Part shown: positions 41,029-51,827 of the stretch, piece by piece
Layout of the letters: each line of letters starts with the position of its first letter
How positions within the stretch are numbered: position 1 is the stretch's first letter
Source of the DNA: Deferribacterales bacterium
GTDB taxonomy: Bacteria > Chrysiogenota > Deferribacteres > Deferribacterales > Geovibrionaceae
NCBI GenBank assembly: GCA_050253075.1
Contig: JBFWJS010000003.1
Span: forward strand, 245,458 to 309,457
Length of the DNA stretch: 64,000 nt
Reading direction: 5' to 3'
Position numbers and translations under genes: made by a program
Notes under the pieces: generated by a model
What the model was told of the DNA's origin: nothing
What the model saw: only the letters and a program-made list of their open reading frames with translations
The model's database searches: none

Positions 41029-41364
41029 CTATATAGCGACGTCTGCCATTCTCAGGTTTTTAAGTGTCTGTGTGACAACCAGAGCGGTCTTTGCCATAGA
41101 GATCATCTGCCTCAGATCAAACTCGGGAGTGATACATACGGGAATGTCCGTGTTCAGACTGACGAATTCCCATACGGAGGCGTCAGCGTCGGCAGGCTTC
41201 ATTGTGTAATGTTTCTGCCCGTCCAGCGACGTCGTCTGGTCGTACCTCAGAGACTGCAGCCTGTAGAGATAGCCGAATGCAGTCCAGAGCTCTTCGTCCG
41301 TGAAAGATGATGTGTGTGCAACCTCAGCTCCGCCGATGGTTGTTTTTCTCAGTTCATTTGTCAT
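41029..41364 (-). CDS. hypothetical protein
   Basis: 111-aa ORF filling the intergenic space. Confidence 0.55.
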   Translation of the reverse strand: MTNELRKTTIGGAEVAHTSSFTDEELWTAFGYLYRLQSLRYDQTTSLDGQKHYTMKPADADASVWEFVSLNTDIPVCITPEFDLRQMISMAKTALVVTQTLKNLRMADVAI

Positions 41365-41406
41365 ATAATGAATATCGGAGATATATTTTAGAATATAAGC
41401 AGATTA

Positions 41407-41946
41407 ATGTTCGGAGTGTGTAAAATCTTGAAGATAAACATCGTATACGCAAGCAGATACGGATCGACAAAACAGGTGTCGGAGCTTATAGGCAGGCACA
41501 TGCCCAATGGAGTGAATGTCCTGAGCGTGGCAGACGCAGGAGCTTTAGACTGTGACGTTATCATACTCGGCTCTGGGATATACGCCAATAAGATGCTCCC
41601 TGAGATGGAGGACTTCATCAGCAGCAATCAGGAAACCCTGAAAGAGAAGAGGGTGGGGCTGTTCGGCGTTGCCATGCGCACAGAGCCTGTGGAGAGGCGT
41701 GGCAAGCTGAGCGGAGGCGTGCTGATATTCGACAGGTATCCTCTGGATCCTTTTGTGAAAGGTATGCTCCACGGCAGGCGTGATTTCTCCGTACTGACGG
41801 ATGAAGACAGGGGAGGGCTGGAGAGGTTTTACAACACCATAGGACTGAGCGAGGAAGAAAAGGCGAACCGCCGAAAGCTGTGTGATGAAGTTTCCGAGGA
41901 AGAGTGCGCTAAGTTTGCAAGGGATGTTATCAGCTCTTTTAAATAA
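41407..41946 (+). CDS. flavodoxin-domain protein (HemG/Flavodoxin_5-like); start may be TTG 41428
   Basis: IVYASRYGSTKQV and IILGSGIYA motifs. Confidence 0.75.
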   Translation: MFGVCKILKINIVYASRYGSTKQVSELIGRHMPNGVNVLSVADAGALDCDVIILGSGIYANKMLPEMEDFISSNQETLKEKRVGLFGVAMRTEPVERRGKLSGGVLIFDRYPLDPFVKGMLHGRRDFSVLTDEDRGGLERFYNTIGLSEEEKANRRKLCDEVSEEECAKFARDVISSFK

Positions 41947-42006
41947 AAAAAACTCCCGCCGATCTGAGACCAACGGGAGCTTATTTATAGATCAGCTTAG
42001 AATATA

Positions 42007-42492
42007 TTAAGCGAGCTTTGCAGAGATTATCTTCTGCTCTTCACGAGGTCTGTCCATCATGTCTGTTTCGACCTGCTCGAGCTTTGTCACGTTTTCCATA
42101 CCTTCGACAACCTTTCCGAAGATAGTATGACGGTGATCCAGCCAGTCTGTAGGCACTGTCGTGATGAAGAACTGGCTTCCGTTTGTACATGGACCGGAGT
42201 TTGCCATTGCGAGCAGTCCGGGCACGTCAAATACGTAGTCGTCGTGGAACTCATCCTCGAACTGATCGCCCCAGATGGATTCGCCGCCGTAGCCTGTGCC
42301 TGTGGGGTCGCCCCCCTGAATCATGAAGCCCTCTATGATACGGTGAAAGATTATACCGTCGTAGAATCCGTTTTTAACGTGTGTGGTGAAGTTCTCCACT
42401 GCTTTGGGAGCAATTTCGGGGAAGAGCTTAAACTTTATTTCGCCCTGTGTGGTTTCAAAAATTACAAATTGTTCTTTAGCTTTTTTAGCCAT
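42007..42492 (-). CDS. cytoplasmic cyclophilin-type peptidyl-prolyl isomerase
   Basis: [29 protein letters not shown]. Confidence 0.93.
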   Translation of the reverse strand: MAKKAKEQFVIFETTQGEIKFKLFPEIAPKAVENFTTHVKNGFYDGIIFHRIIEGFMIQGGDPTGTGYGGESIWGDQFEDEFHDDYVFDVPGLLAMANSGPCTNGSQFFITTVPTDWLDHRHTIFGKVVEGMENVTKLEQVETDMMDRPREEQKIISAKLA

Positions 42493-42505
42493 TGTGTATC
42501 GCCTC

Positions 42506-43039
42506 TTACTTTTTAATGTATGCCTTGATTATCTTCTGAGCGTCAAAAGGCATGTCGTATCTATCAGTTTTCACCTTTGAGATGCGCTCGACGACATCGT
42601 ATCCGTCTACAACGTATCCAAAGATGGTGTGTTTGAAATTAAGGTGGGGTGTTGTGGCGACAGTTATGAAGAACTGGCTGCCGTTTGTACCCGGGCCGGA
42701 GTTTGCCATAGCGAGCATACCCGGCTGGCTGAATGTATAGTTTTCGTTGAATTCATCCTCAAAAGGCTTGCCCCAGATGGACATCCCGCCTCTGCCTGTT
42801 TCGGAAGGGTCGCCCCCTTGTATCATGAACTTATCTATAACTCTATGGAATGCTATGCCGTCATAGTATCCGTTCTTTACATGTGTGACAAAGTTTTCCA
42901 CTGCTTTCGGAGCAACAAGCGGAAGCATCTTGAGAGTGATCTTCCCCTGATTTGTTTTAAGGACTACAAATGTGTCCTTGGCGTATACGGCTCCTGTAAG
43001 GAGTATAAAAGAAGTGATGATTAACAGAAGTTTTTTCAT
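42506..43039 (-). CDS. exported cyclophilin-type peptidyl-prolyl isomerase
   Basis: Signal peptide plus the same cyclophilin motifs. Confidence 0.93.
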   Translation of the reverse strand: MKKLLLIITSFILLTGAVYAKDTFVVLKTNQGKITLKMLPLVAPKAVENFVTHVKNGYYDGIAFHRVIDKFMIQGGDPSETGRGGMSIWGKPFEDEFNENYTFSQPGMLAMANSGPGTNGSQFFITVATTPHLNFKHTIFGYVVDGYDVVERISKVKTDRYDMPFDAQKIIKAYIKK

Positions 43040-43120
43040 GCCTGCCCTCGTATTATTGTTTAAGTTGGATTTTAGCCTGTTTATGGAGAAAATCCAGAAT
43101 AAATTGAGGGCAGGATGATA

Positions 43121-44746
43121 TTATATCTTTTTGACCTTGATGTTGTATTTCTTGATGCGATAGTTCATCTGGCGCACTGTCATGTCCAGCATGCGTGCTG
43201 CCTTCGCCTGTACCCAGCCTGCTTTCTCAAGAGCCTGTACCACACGCTCTCTTTCGTCCATGTCTCCGCTGATGAGCTCTTCGTCTGCCTCACGGGCATG
43301 ATGAGGCGCTTCGGGCACTCCGCCTGTCTGAGGCGTTATGGAGACAGGTGCTCCCGAGAGCTGCTCCTCCATAAAGTGAGACATACACATCTCGCCTCGC
43401 ATACAGGATATATGGTCGGTCTTTATCATGCCGTCGCCCGCTTCAAAAGCGGATCTTTCCAGACAGTTTTCCAGTTCCCGTATATTACCGGGGTAGTTAC
43501 AGTGCATAAGAGCCTGCAATGCCTCGGGTGCTATGCTGAAGTCTTTGTCATAGCGTTTGCTGAGGTTTTTCAGTATGTGTGCGGCTATTTCGGGGATGTC
43601 CTCTTTACGCTTGCGCAGAGGGGGGAGGAATATAGCGAACACATTCAGCCTGTAGTAAAGGTCGAGCCTGAATTCGCCGTGCTGTACTGCTGCCTCGAGG
43701 TTTTTATTTGTCGCTGCGAGGATGCGCACATCGACCTTGACGGGTTTGTTCCCGCCGAGCTTTTCGACAACCTTATCCTGAAGCACACGTAGCAGCTTGC
43801 TCTGTGCCTCCATCGGCATGTCGCCTATCTCGTCGAGGAATATGGTTCCGCCGTCGGCCTGTTCGAATTTACCTTTCTTTTCACCCGCTGCACCCGTGAA
43901 TGCACCCTTAGAATAACCGAAAAGTTCGCTTTCGATCAGTTCGCCCGGGATAGCGGCGCAGTTTACTGCTACGAAAGGCTTCTTGCTGCGTGGGCTGTTA
44001 TAATGTATGGTTTTTGCCACTACCTCTTTACCTGTTCCGCTTTCGCCCCTTATGAGCACTGCGGAGTCAGAGGCCGTGACCATCTGTATCTTTTCCATCA
44101 CCTTGCGCATCAGGCGTCCTGAGCCAACGAGCCCTTCGAACTGATACTTCTTGGACACTTCGCCCATCAGCTTCAGCTTTTCCTGCTCTATGCGTGATTT
44201 CTCTTCCTGAATGGCTTCCATCTCACTGGTGAAGAACTGCACCTTATGCAGAAATGACGCCATGAGAGTGGCTATCATCTTGAGTATATCCACATCTGTG
44301 GTGATGCTGTAAATCTTAGAGACGACCTTATCCACCGCCAGTACTCCATAGGTCTTACCCTGATGGTTTATAGGTACGGCGATGAAGCTGATCTCTTCCT
44401 CTTTGACCTGCCTTCCGAGCTTGTTGAGGAACATCGGCTCTTTCGAAACATCGGGTATGAGTATAGGTATGCCGAAACGGAACACCTTGCCCACTACACC
44501 TTCGTCTGCGGTGTATCTGACATTCTTCACCGGGCCTTCGTCACTGTCCAGTCCGATGGATGCTTCGACTACGAGCTCTCCTGTATCTTTGTCCTGCAGG
44601 AGGATGATGCCTCTTTCCATAGATAGAGTATCAGACATCTGTAACAGCGAGCGGTACAGCGAGTGCTGTATCATGTTAGAACTGTTCAATATGACGCTGA
44701 TCTCATAAATAGTGTTCAATGCTGTTTTGTAATAATTTGCGTTCAT
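43121..44746 (-). CDS. nifA: nif-specific sigma54 activator NifA (GAF-AAA+-HTH)
   Basis: [25 protein letters not shown]-terminal [22 protein letters not shown] typical of NifA; nif context. Confidence 0.92.
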   Translation of the reverse strand: MNANYYKTALNTIYEISVILNSSNMIQHSLYRSLLQMSDTLSMERGIILLQDKDTGELVVEASIGLDSDEGPVKNVRYTADEGVVGKVFRFGIPILIPDVSKEPMFLNKLGRQVKEEEISFIAVPINHQGKTYGVLAVDKVVSKIYSITTDVDILKMIATLMASFLHKVQFFTSEMEAIQEEKSRIEQEKLKLMGEVSKKYQFEGLVGSGRLMRKVMEKIQMVTASDSAVLIRGESGTGKEVVAKTIHYNSPRSKKPFVAVNCAAIPGELIESELFGYSKGAFTGAAGEKKGKFEQADGGTIFLDEIGDMPMEAQSKLLRVLQDKVVEKLGGNKPVKVDVRILAATNKNLEAAVQHGEFRLDLYYRLNVFAIFLPPLRKRKEDIPEIAAHILKNLSKRYDKDFSIAPEALQALMHCNYPGNIRELENCLERSAFEAGDGMIKTDHISCMRGEMCMSHFMEEQLSGAPVSITPQTGGVPEAPHHAREADEELISGDMDERERVVQALEKAGWVQAKAARMLDMTVRQMNYRIKKYNIKVKKI

Positions 44747-44820
44747 GTTTCCCTTTCGAGCAATGTATATGCCATGTGTTGTGTCTATGGCTTAAATATA
44801 GCACTATCCGGCTTAGAAAG

Positions 44821-44836
44821 TGTCATAAACCTTACA
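44821..44836. promoter_or_regulatory. NifA UAS-like site near the nifA start
   Basis: TGT-CATAAACCTT-ACA (TGT-N10-ACA). Confidence 0.45.
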
Positions 44837-44973
44837 AAGCCTATTTGTGACGTTTCGCCATTATAAAAAAATTCACTATACAGATAAAGCAAAATAGAAC
44901 ACTGCTCATAATTTCATCAAATATAGTCTATTTTTTGAGCGGTATCGGGTGTCTGAATCCTTGTAAGGATTTA

Positions 44974-45078
44974 TGTTACATTCTTAACATTATATTGTAC
45001 AGATAATTACACAAGACTTTTTTTATTTTGTTAAATCATTGATAAATATAGATGTGTAAAACTGGCACGCTCCTTGCA
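44974..45078 (+). promoter_or_regulatory. NifA/IHF/sigma54 promoter of fdx-nifZ
   Basis: TGT-N10-ACA at 44974-44989 and 44996-45011; IHF consensus TATCAATGATTTA (minus strand, 45032-45044); TGGCAC-GCTCC-TTGCA at 45063-45078. Confidence 0.85.
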
Positions 45079-45124
45079 TGTATGAAGTCGAAATTTAAGT
45101 ATCAAAAATAGAAGGAGTTTAATT

Positions 45125-45388
45125 ATGGCTTTTGTAACTGGAACAAAGAAAAACGGATCTTCATGGACACCGCAATTCGTAACTAGTATCGATAAAGAGG
45201 TCTGCATCGGCTGCGCCAGATGTTTCAAATCCTGCGCATACGGTTGCCTCGGACCATACGAAATAGAGGAAGAAGACGATGCGAGAATGATCATGCAGGT
45301 AACAAACGATGGTAACTGCATCGGCTGCCGTGCATGCTCTAAGGCATGCCCAAAAGGATGTCTCACACACGAACCACTGGAGGCTTAA
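45125..45388 (+). CDS. fdxB: nif-associated 2[4Fe-4S] ferredoxin (ferredoxin III type)
   Basis: WTPQFV..ID...CIGCARCFKSC and CIGCRACSKACP. Confidence 0.85.
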   Translation: MAFVTGTKKNGSSWTPQFVTSIDKEVCIGCARCFKSCAYGCLGPYEIEEEDDARMIMQVTNDGNCIGCRACSKACPKGCLTHEPLEA

Positions 45389-45389
45389 T

Positions 45390-45662
45390 ATGGCTCTTAC
45401 AATCAACTCTAAGGTCAAGGTCAATAAGATCATCCGCGACGACGGCACATGTGCCGGATGCAGCAGAGGTGATGAAATAGCATATGTCGGTCAGGAAGGA
45501 TTTATCTGTGATATTCAGGATTTCCTCTTCCAGCCTGTATATGTCGTACATTTTATGCACTCTAACAAGCGCATAGGTTTCCGCGAAGGCGAGCTCACCG
45601 TTATCGAGCGCTTCGACGATGAAACAGAGACCTGGATAAAAGTAGAAGAGGTAAACGCCTAG
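45390..45662 (+). CDS. nifZ: NifZ family protein
   Basis: KVKV.K.IRDDGT..G..RG...G..G...Y.VHF....IGFRE.EL. Confidence 0.8.
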   Translation: MALTINSKVKVNKIIRDDGTCAGCSRGDEIAYVGQEGFICDIQDFLFQPVYVVHFMHSNKRIGFREGELTVIERFDDETETWIKVEEVNA

Positions 45663-45726
45663 CATCTGCTTTTGAGTAAATCAGTTCAGACTGATAGAAA
45701 CTTAGAGAGTAAGGTTTTGAGAATTC

Positions 45727-45760
45727 AAAGGCGCGGTGCTAATGAGTACTGCGCCTTTTT
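45727..45760 (+). terminator. Rho-independent terminator after nifZ
   Basis: AAAGGCGCGGTGCT-AATG-AGTACTGCGCCTTTTT. Confidence 0.8.
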
Positions 45761-45792
45761 GTTTTCAGTTGTAGGGCATCGTTTAGATATAA

Positions 45793-45987
45793 GGCTAAGA
45801 TTGCTTCACTGCGTTCGCAATGACTAAAAAACGCAGCGAGAGGTAAAATTCTTGAGGACGAAGAATTTTACTTAGTAATTGTTGTTTGAATTATTAATAT
45901 GCCGGGCTGAGATGCCCGTTGTGATGAGCAAAAAGCGAAATGGTTGTTTTCCTCTGGCTAAGATTGCTTCACTGCGTTCGCAATGAC
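45793..45987. repeat. two exact 32-bp direct copies of a REP-like repeat
   Basis: GGCTAAGATTGCTTCACTGCGTTCGCAATGAC at 45793-45824 and 45956-45987. Confidence 0.85.
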
Positions 45988-46171
45988 AAAACCTTGAATC
46001 CAGAAAGGATTCCACGGAGCGAGCTGAGTCAATTAGAGTTTACATGCAGGATGCATGTCACGGAGCGAACCGCAAGAGGCTTTGCCTCTGGAGGTTTCGG
46101 CGGAGTGGGAACGAGCCTTGCTTTTAACAAGGCGAGAGACTGAATTATTTTTCTAGGACAGAAAAATAATA

Positions 46172-46990
46172 TTAATAATATGTCACTTCCGTGTCGTACC
46201 GCCCGCCGAGGACAAGGTATTCCTTTTCCCCTGCGAATTTAACATTCGGCAGTATCTCCGAGAAGAAGACTATCTTTGTATAAGGTATGTTTGACTTCAG
46301 GATGTAGTCGCCGAAGGAAGAGGCGATGTCTCTGTCTGAGGTGAAGGATACCAGAGAGTTCTGCTCTATGCAGATCATCTTATCCTCCAGTTCTTTAACA
46401 ACCAGATGCTCTGAGAGGTCGTTTACGCCTCTGTAGAGTGTCAGCTTAGGGAGTTTATCTGAGTAAAACGACTCAAGGATGACCTGTGTGTAGGTGTACA
46501 GAAGATCAAGCTGATGAAATATAAGGTTTTTGTTCAGCCTGTGATCCATCTTCTCCACCATATATTCATAGTATTCTTCAGAGTTCATGTCGGGGATGAT
46601 GTCTTTGTGAAAGAATGGAGTGATGCCGAAGCGGCTCTCTACCCAGCCTTTCATGACAGCGCCTTCGATGCTGTTGGAGTCGAAGAGCCAGCCTTTTAAA
46701 AGTCTGGAATAGCTTCCCATCTTTTTACCGTTGTGCTTTTCGTTCAGGGAGAAGAGCGAATCCATAGAGCATGTGAAGATGTATGCGGCTTCTTCGATAT
46801 TATCGGCTTTCTTAATGGCTTTAAAGATTTCGCCGTAATATTCCCACACGCCGCTTATGGTGATGGGGAGAACCTTCTGGTTATACTCATTGCTGACGAA
46901 CATTCCAGTGGGGATATTTATCAGGTTTGTGTAATGGTAAAACCTTTTTAAGTCTTTAAGTTTATTGATAGACTTCTTTTTGATGCTCAT
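46172..46990 (-). CDS. draT: NAD(+)--dinitrogen-reductase ADP-ribosyltransferase
   Basis: SY.RLLKGWLFDSN..EGAVMKGWVESRFG, QLDLLY, LYRGVND, SFTSDR..A..FG, GEKEYLVLGG. Confidence 0.93.
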   Translation of the reverse strand: MSIKKKSINKLKDLKRFYHYTNLINIPTGMFVSNEYNQKVLPITISGVWEYYGEIFKAIKKADNIEEAAYIFTCSMDSLFSLNEKHNGKKMGSYSRLLKGWLFDSNSIEGAVMKGWVESRFGITPFFHKDIIPDMNSEEYYEYMVEKMDHRLNKNLIFHQLDLLYTYTQVILESFYSDKLPKLTLYRGVNDLSEHLVVKELEDKMICIEQNSLVSFTSDRDIASSFGDYILKSNIPYTKIVFFSEILPNVKFAGEKEYLVLGGRYDTEVTYY

Positions 46991-47027
46991 GATAATGAAT
47001 AATGAAATAAGTTGGCAGAGTTTGCAA

Positions 47028-47921
47028 ATGAAAAATGATATAGAGGCGAATGTTATTGCTAGTTATCTCGGTCTCGCCGTGGGGGATGCTCTGGGTGCGA
47101 CAACGGAATTCATGACTCCGAGAGAAGTACGTGCGACATATGGGGTGCACAATAAGATCATCGGCGGGGGCTGGCTCCACCTGAAAGCTGGGCGTGTCAC
47201 AGACGACACAGAGATGAGCCTTGCTCTTGGTGACAGCATTGTCGAGGCCGAGGGATTCAGCATCAACAAGGTGGGCGACCACTTTGTTACATGGATGCGG
47301 TCGAAGCCTGTGGACATAGGCAGCACCGTAAGGAAAGGGCTCAGGGAATATATGCTGCAGGGGATAACGATTCAGGAAGAATCGGATCTGTCGGCCGGAA
47401 ACGGCGCGGCGATGAGAAACCTCCCTATCATCATATATTGTCTGAAAAAGTGGGACTACTTCGAACAGATGACACGCATGCAGTCTCACCTTACACATAA
47501 TAATAAGAAGTCTGACCTTATCACACTCTGCTTTGGCGAGATGACAAAGACACTGCTGGAAACAGGGGATAAGCTGCAGGCTCTGAACATAGCGAACAAG
47601 CTAATAAGGCTTAACCCGAAATTCTCCTATTCTACATATAAGGGCGAGGCTTCGGGATATATAGTGGATACTTTCAAGACTGTCATGCATCACTTTGCAG
47701 ACAGCTCTGATTTCGAAGAGACAATGCTGCGTGTGGTGAATCAGGGCGGCGACGCCGACACAAACGGAGCGATAGCAGGTATGCTGGCAGGTGCCCTTTA
47801 CGGCATAGACAGCATACCGTCCAAATGGCTGAAAAAGATCGACCAGACTGTCGTAAAAGATATTAAAATACAGACAAAGAAGCTGCTCGAGCTTCCTGTG
47901 AGGTACAGTGATGAAGTTTGA
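47028..47921 (+). CDS. draG: ADP-ribosyl-[dinitrogen reductase] hydrolase
   Basis: GLAVGDALGATTEFM, VTDDTEM, AGNGAAMR, VNQGGDADT; start approximate. Confidence 0.92.
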   Translation: MKNDIEANVIASYLGLAVGDALGATTEFMTPREVRATYGVHNKIIGGGWLHLKAGRVTDDTEMSLALGDSIVEAEGFSINKVGDHFVTWMRSKPVDIGSTVRKGLREYMLQGITIQEESDLSAGNGAAMRNLPIIIYCLKKWDYFEQMTRMQSHLTHNNKKSDLITLCFGEMTKTLLETGDKLQALNIANKLIRLNPKFSYSTYKGEASGYIVDTFKTVMHHFADSSDFEETMLRVVNQGGDADTNGAIAGMLAGALYGIDSIPSKWLKKIDQTVVKDIKIQTKKLLELPVRYSDEV

Positions 47922-48357
47922 AACTGCAAATCTGATAGAATTCCTTGAATATTATCCCGTGGTAATTACCACAAACGGAACAGTGAAAAAAGACGGCAAA
48001 GCGAACCTCGGCAGGGGTAACGCTAAAGAGATAGGTAAGGTTTACGCATGGCTCAGCGATAAACTGGGCAAGCTGATAACCGAAAAAGGAAACCACGTAC
48101 ATTATATAGATAAGAATCTGGTCAGCTTCCCTGTGGAGGAAACATGGACATCCTATGCAGACATCAGACTTGTGGAACGCTCTGCCTGGGAGCTGAGAGA
48201 CCTTGTGGATGAAAAGGGCTGGGACAAGATTTATATGCCTCTCCCCGGGTGCGGCGGCGGCGGACTGCGTCCTTCGGATGTTATCTCCGTGCTTGCTCCT
48301 ATACTGGACGACAGGTTCATCGTTTTGAATAAAGGTGAAGTGCCGGCACTTCTGTAA
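47911..48357 (+). CDS. macrodomain-like (ADP-ribose-binding) protein
   Basis: ITTNG...LGRG.A, SFPV...W...AD...V..S, MPLPGCGGGGL motifs resemble TARG1/DarG-type macrodomains; overlaps the draG end. Confidence 0.65.
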   Translation: MKFETANLIEFLEYYPVVITTNGTVKKDGKANLGRGNAKEIGKVYAWLSDKLGKLITEKGNHVHYIDKNLVSFPVEETWTSYADIRLVERSAWELRDLVDEKGWDKIYMPLPGCGGGGLRPSDVISVLAPILDDRFIVLNKGEVPALL

Positions 48358-48428
48358 AAAAACTTACAATTTCTTCATAAAGTGCTATCATTGACACAAT
48401 ATATACATTGATTTTGTCGGTGGTGCAG

Positions 48429-49190
48429 ATGATCCGTAATATTACAGCCAAGCTCCGCAGGGAGTATACTGACAATAGAAAGATTTTGGCTGAGACAGTT
48501 TTTTTAATTCTTGTATCGGTTCTGACAATCATGCTTTTTGATATCTTCAATGTCACTGAAGCATTCTACGAATTCACAAGAAACCATGAGGAATATAACC
48601 TTGACGAGGTGGTCTTCGCACTTTCCGTCATATCCTTATACCTCATGATATTCGTCACCAGAAGATTCCTCGAACTCCGCAGATACATCATAAAGGCGAA
48701 TACGGATGCCCTCATCGGTATTTTCAACCGCCGTAAGGGGAGCGAGATCATCAATGATGAAATGACAAAAGCGAAAAGAAGAGGCAACAGGGTCTCTCTT
48801 ATAATGTATGATCTGGACAATTTCAAAAAGATAAACGACTCACTCGGACATAATATCGGCGATGCCGTTCTGAAAGATGTCGCATCTCTGGTTGATTCCG
48901 AGATACGTGTCAGAGATTCCCACATCAGATGGGGAGGGGAGGAGTTCATCATCCTCTGCCCGGATACAGACCTCGACGGAGCGACAAAGATTGCCGAGAG
49001 ATGCAGACGCATCATAGACGAGACAGAGATAGTTTTCGGACGTCCTGTGACAGCCAGCTTCGGCGTTATAGAGATAAAGCTGGAGTCTGACCTCCGTGAC
49101 AACATCGAGATACTGGACAAGATGCTCTATAAGAGCAAAGAAAGCGGAAAGAACAACGTCATCTGCAGTCTTGCAGACGGCTGCAGGTAA
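48429..49190 (+). CDS. membrane-anchored diguanylate cyclase
   Basis: Two TM helices; DLDNFKKINDSLGH..GD; RVRD I-site and GGEEF. Confidence 0.88.
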   Translation: MIRNITAKLRREYTDNRKILAETVFLILVSVLTIMLFDIFNVTEAFYEFTRNHEEYNLDEVVFALSVISLYLMIFVTRRFLELRRYIIKANTDALIGIFNRRKGSEIINDEMTKAKRRGNRVSLIMYDLDNFKKINDSLGHNIGDAVLKDVASLVDSEIRVRDSHIRWGGEEFIILCPDTDLDGATKIAERCRRIIDETEIVFGRPVTASFGVIEIKLESDLRDNIEILDKMLYKSKESGKNNVICSLADGCR

Positions 49191-49218
49191 CACACCTACC
49201 ACATCCCAATACGTGCTT

Positions 49219-49362
49219 TGTAATTATTGTTACAATCATATGTCAGGTTGCAAAATGTCGTAATTGTCATGTTTGTAACATTACAAAACACACGACAAAA
49301 CATTACACTCAAAAGTGACAATCCTTAATTATCAATGATTTAAAATTTGGCACGCATCTTGT
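49219..49362 (+). promoter_or_regulatory. NifA/IHF/sigma54 promoter of nifH
   Basis: TGT-N10-ACA at 49219-49234, 49265-49280 and 49270-49285; IHF TATCAATGATTTA 49330-49342; TGGCAC-GCATC-TTGT 49348-49362. Confidence 0.85.
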
Positions 49363-49369
49363 TATATAG

Positions 49370-50272
<903 letters not shown>

Positions 50273-50320
50273 GCACCAATTAAAACCGACTCTGAATTTA
50301 ATTAAATATATGCTCCTCTG

Positions 50321-50338
50321 CTCCCCCTTCGGGGGGAG
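50321..50338 (+). other. intercistronic stem-loop between nifH and nifD
   Basis: CTCCCCC-TTCG-GGGGGAG. Confidence 0.55.
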
Positions 50339-50367
50339 ACAGTGGGAGACTGTAAAGAGGTAATAAA

Positions 50368-51810
50368 ATGTCTAAGAAGAACGTACACGAACACGGCGTT
50401 GAGGTGATGGAAGAGATCCTCAACGGATATAATGATAAAACAGCGAAAGACAGAAAGAAAAAACTCGATGTTGTGACAGCTGATGACGTTAAATGCGGAA
50501 TCAACGCCAACAGAAAGATCCGTCCCGGTGTTATGTCTATGCGCGGCTGTGCATATGCCGGAGCTAAAGGGGTGGTTTTCGGACCTATCAAGGATATGAT
50601 ACATATCTCTCACGGTCCTGTCGGCTGCGGTCAGTACTCATGGGCTGCCCGTCGTAACTTCGCTAACGGTATCGCAGGTATTGATAACTATGTTACAATG
50701 CAGATCACTTCCGACTTCCAGGAAAAAGATATCGTTTTCGGCGGCGATAAAAAACTTACAAACCTTATAGAGGAAGCAAACACACTTTTCCCACTTAACA
50801 AAGGTGTATCTATCCTCTCTGAGTGTCCTATCGGTCTTATCGGTGACGATATCGAGGCTGTTGCAAGACAAACAGCTAAAACAATAGAGAAGCCTGTTAT
50901 TCCTTGCCGTTGTGAAGGCTTCCGCGGTGTTTCACAGTCACTCGGACACCACATCGCAAACGACTCCCTTAGAGACTGGGTATACGAGAAAGACCTCGAA
51001 GGCGCTGCTTTCGAAGCTTCTCCATACGACGTAGCACTTATCGGTGACTACAACATCGGTGGTGATGCTTGGGCTTCCCGTATGATACTCGAAGACATGG
51101 GTCTTAACGTTGTCGCACAGAACACAGGTGACGCTACAGTAAGTGAGATCGCTAACACTCAGAGAGTGAAGGTAATCCTCATCCACTGCTACCGTTCTAT
51201 GAACTACATCTCAAGATACATCGAAGAGAAGAAAGGTATCCCATGGGTAGAGTTCAACTTCTTCGGTCCTACTCAGATCGTTAAATCTATGAGAAAGATC
51301 GCTGAGATGTTCGACGACAAGATCAAAGAGCAGACAGAGAAAGTTATCAAAGAAAAATACGAGCCTGCATTCAAGAAAATTCTTGATAAATTCAAGCCTA
51401 GACTTGAAGGCAAAAATGCAATGCTCTTCGTTGGTGGTCTTCGCCCAAGACACACTATCCCTGCTTTCCGTGACCTCGGTGTTGAGGTTGCTATCACAGG
51501 TTACGAATTCGCACACAATGACGACTACGCTAGAACACTGGAATATGTTGAAAACACAACATTCATCGTAGACGACATGAACGAATACGAACTGGAGAAA
51601 CTTATAGAGAACTTCAAACCTGACCTTATCGGTTCCGGTATCAAAGAGAAGTACTCTACACAGAAAGCCGGTATCCCATTCCGTCAGATGCACTCATGGG
51701 ACTACTCCGGTCCTTACCACGGCCTCGACGGTTTCGCAGTATTCGCAAGAGACATGGACATGGCAGTAAACGGCCCTGTATGGGACAAATTCACTGCACC
51801 ATGGAAATAA
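50368..51810 (+). CDS. nifD: nitrogenase MoFe protein alpha chain
   Basis: [45 protein letters not shown]. Confidence 0.98.
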   Translation: MSKKNVHEHGVEVMEEILNGYNDKTAKDRKKKLDVVTADDVKCGINANRKIRPGVMSMRGCAYAGAKGVVFGPIKDMIHISHGPVGCGQYSWAARRNFANGIAGIDNYVTMQITSDFQEKDIVFGGDKKLTNLIEEANTLFPLNKGVSILSECPIGLIGDDIEAVARQTAKTIEKPVIPCRCEGFRGVSQSLGHHIANDSLRDWVYEKDLEGAAFEASPYDVALIGDYNIGGDAWASRMILEDMGLNVVAQNTGDATVSEIANTQRVKVILIHCYRSMNYISRYIEEKKGIPWVEFNFFGPTQIVKSMRKIAEMFDDKIKEQTEKVIKEKYEPAFKKILDKFKPRLEGKNAMLFVGGLRPRHTIPAFRDLGVEVAITGYEFAHNDDYARTLEYVENTTFIVDDMNEYELEKLIENFKPDLIGSGIKEKYSTQKAGIPFRQMHSWDYSGPYHGLDGFAVFARDMDMAVNGPVWDKFTAPWK

Positions 51811-51827
51811 TTTAGGGAGTTAATACA

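Noticed and set aside
45793..45987. 32-bp direct repeats as a CRISPR array
   Set aside because: Only two copies with a 131-bp spacer, no cas genes, and the unit belongs to the dispersed palindromic repeat family
47013..47026. TGGCAG...TTGCA upstream of draG as a sigma54 promoter
   Set aside because: GG-GC spacing is 8 nt rather than 10, and it abuts the start codon
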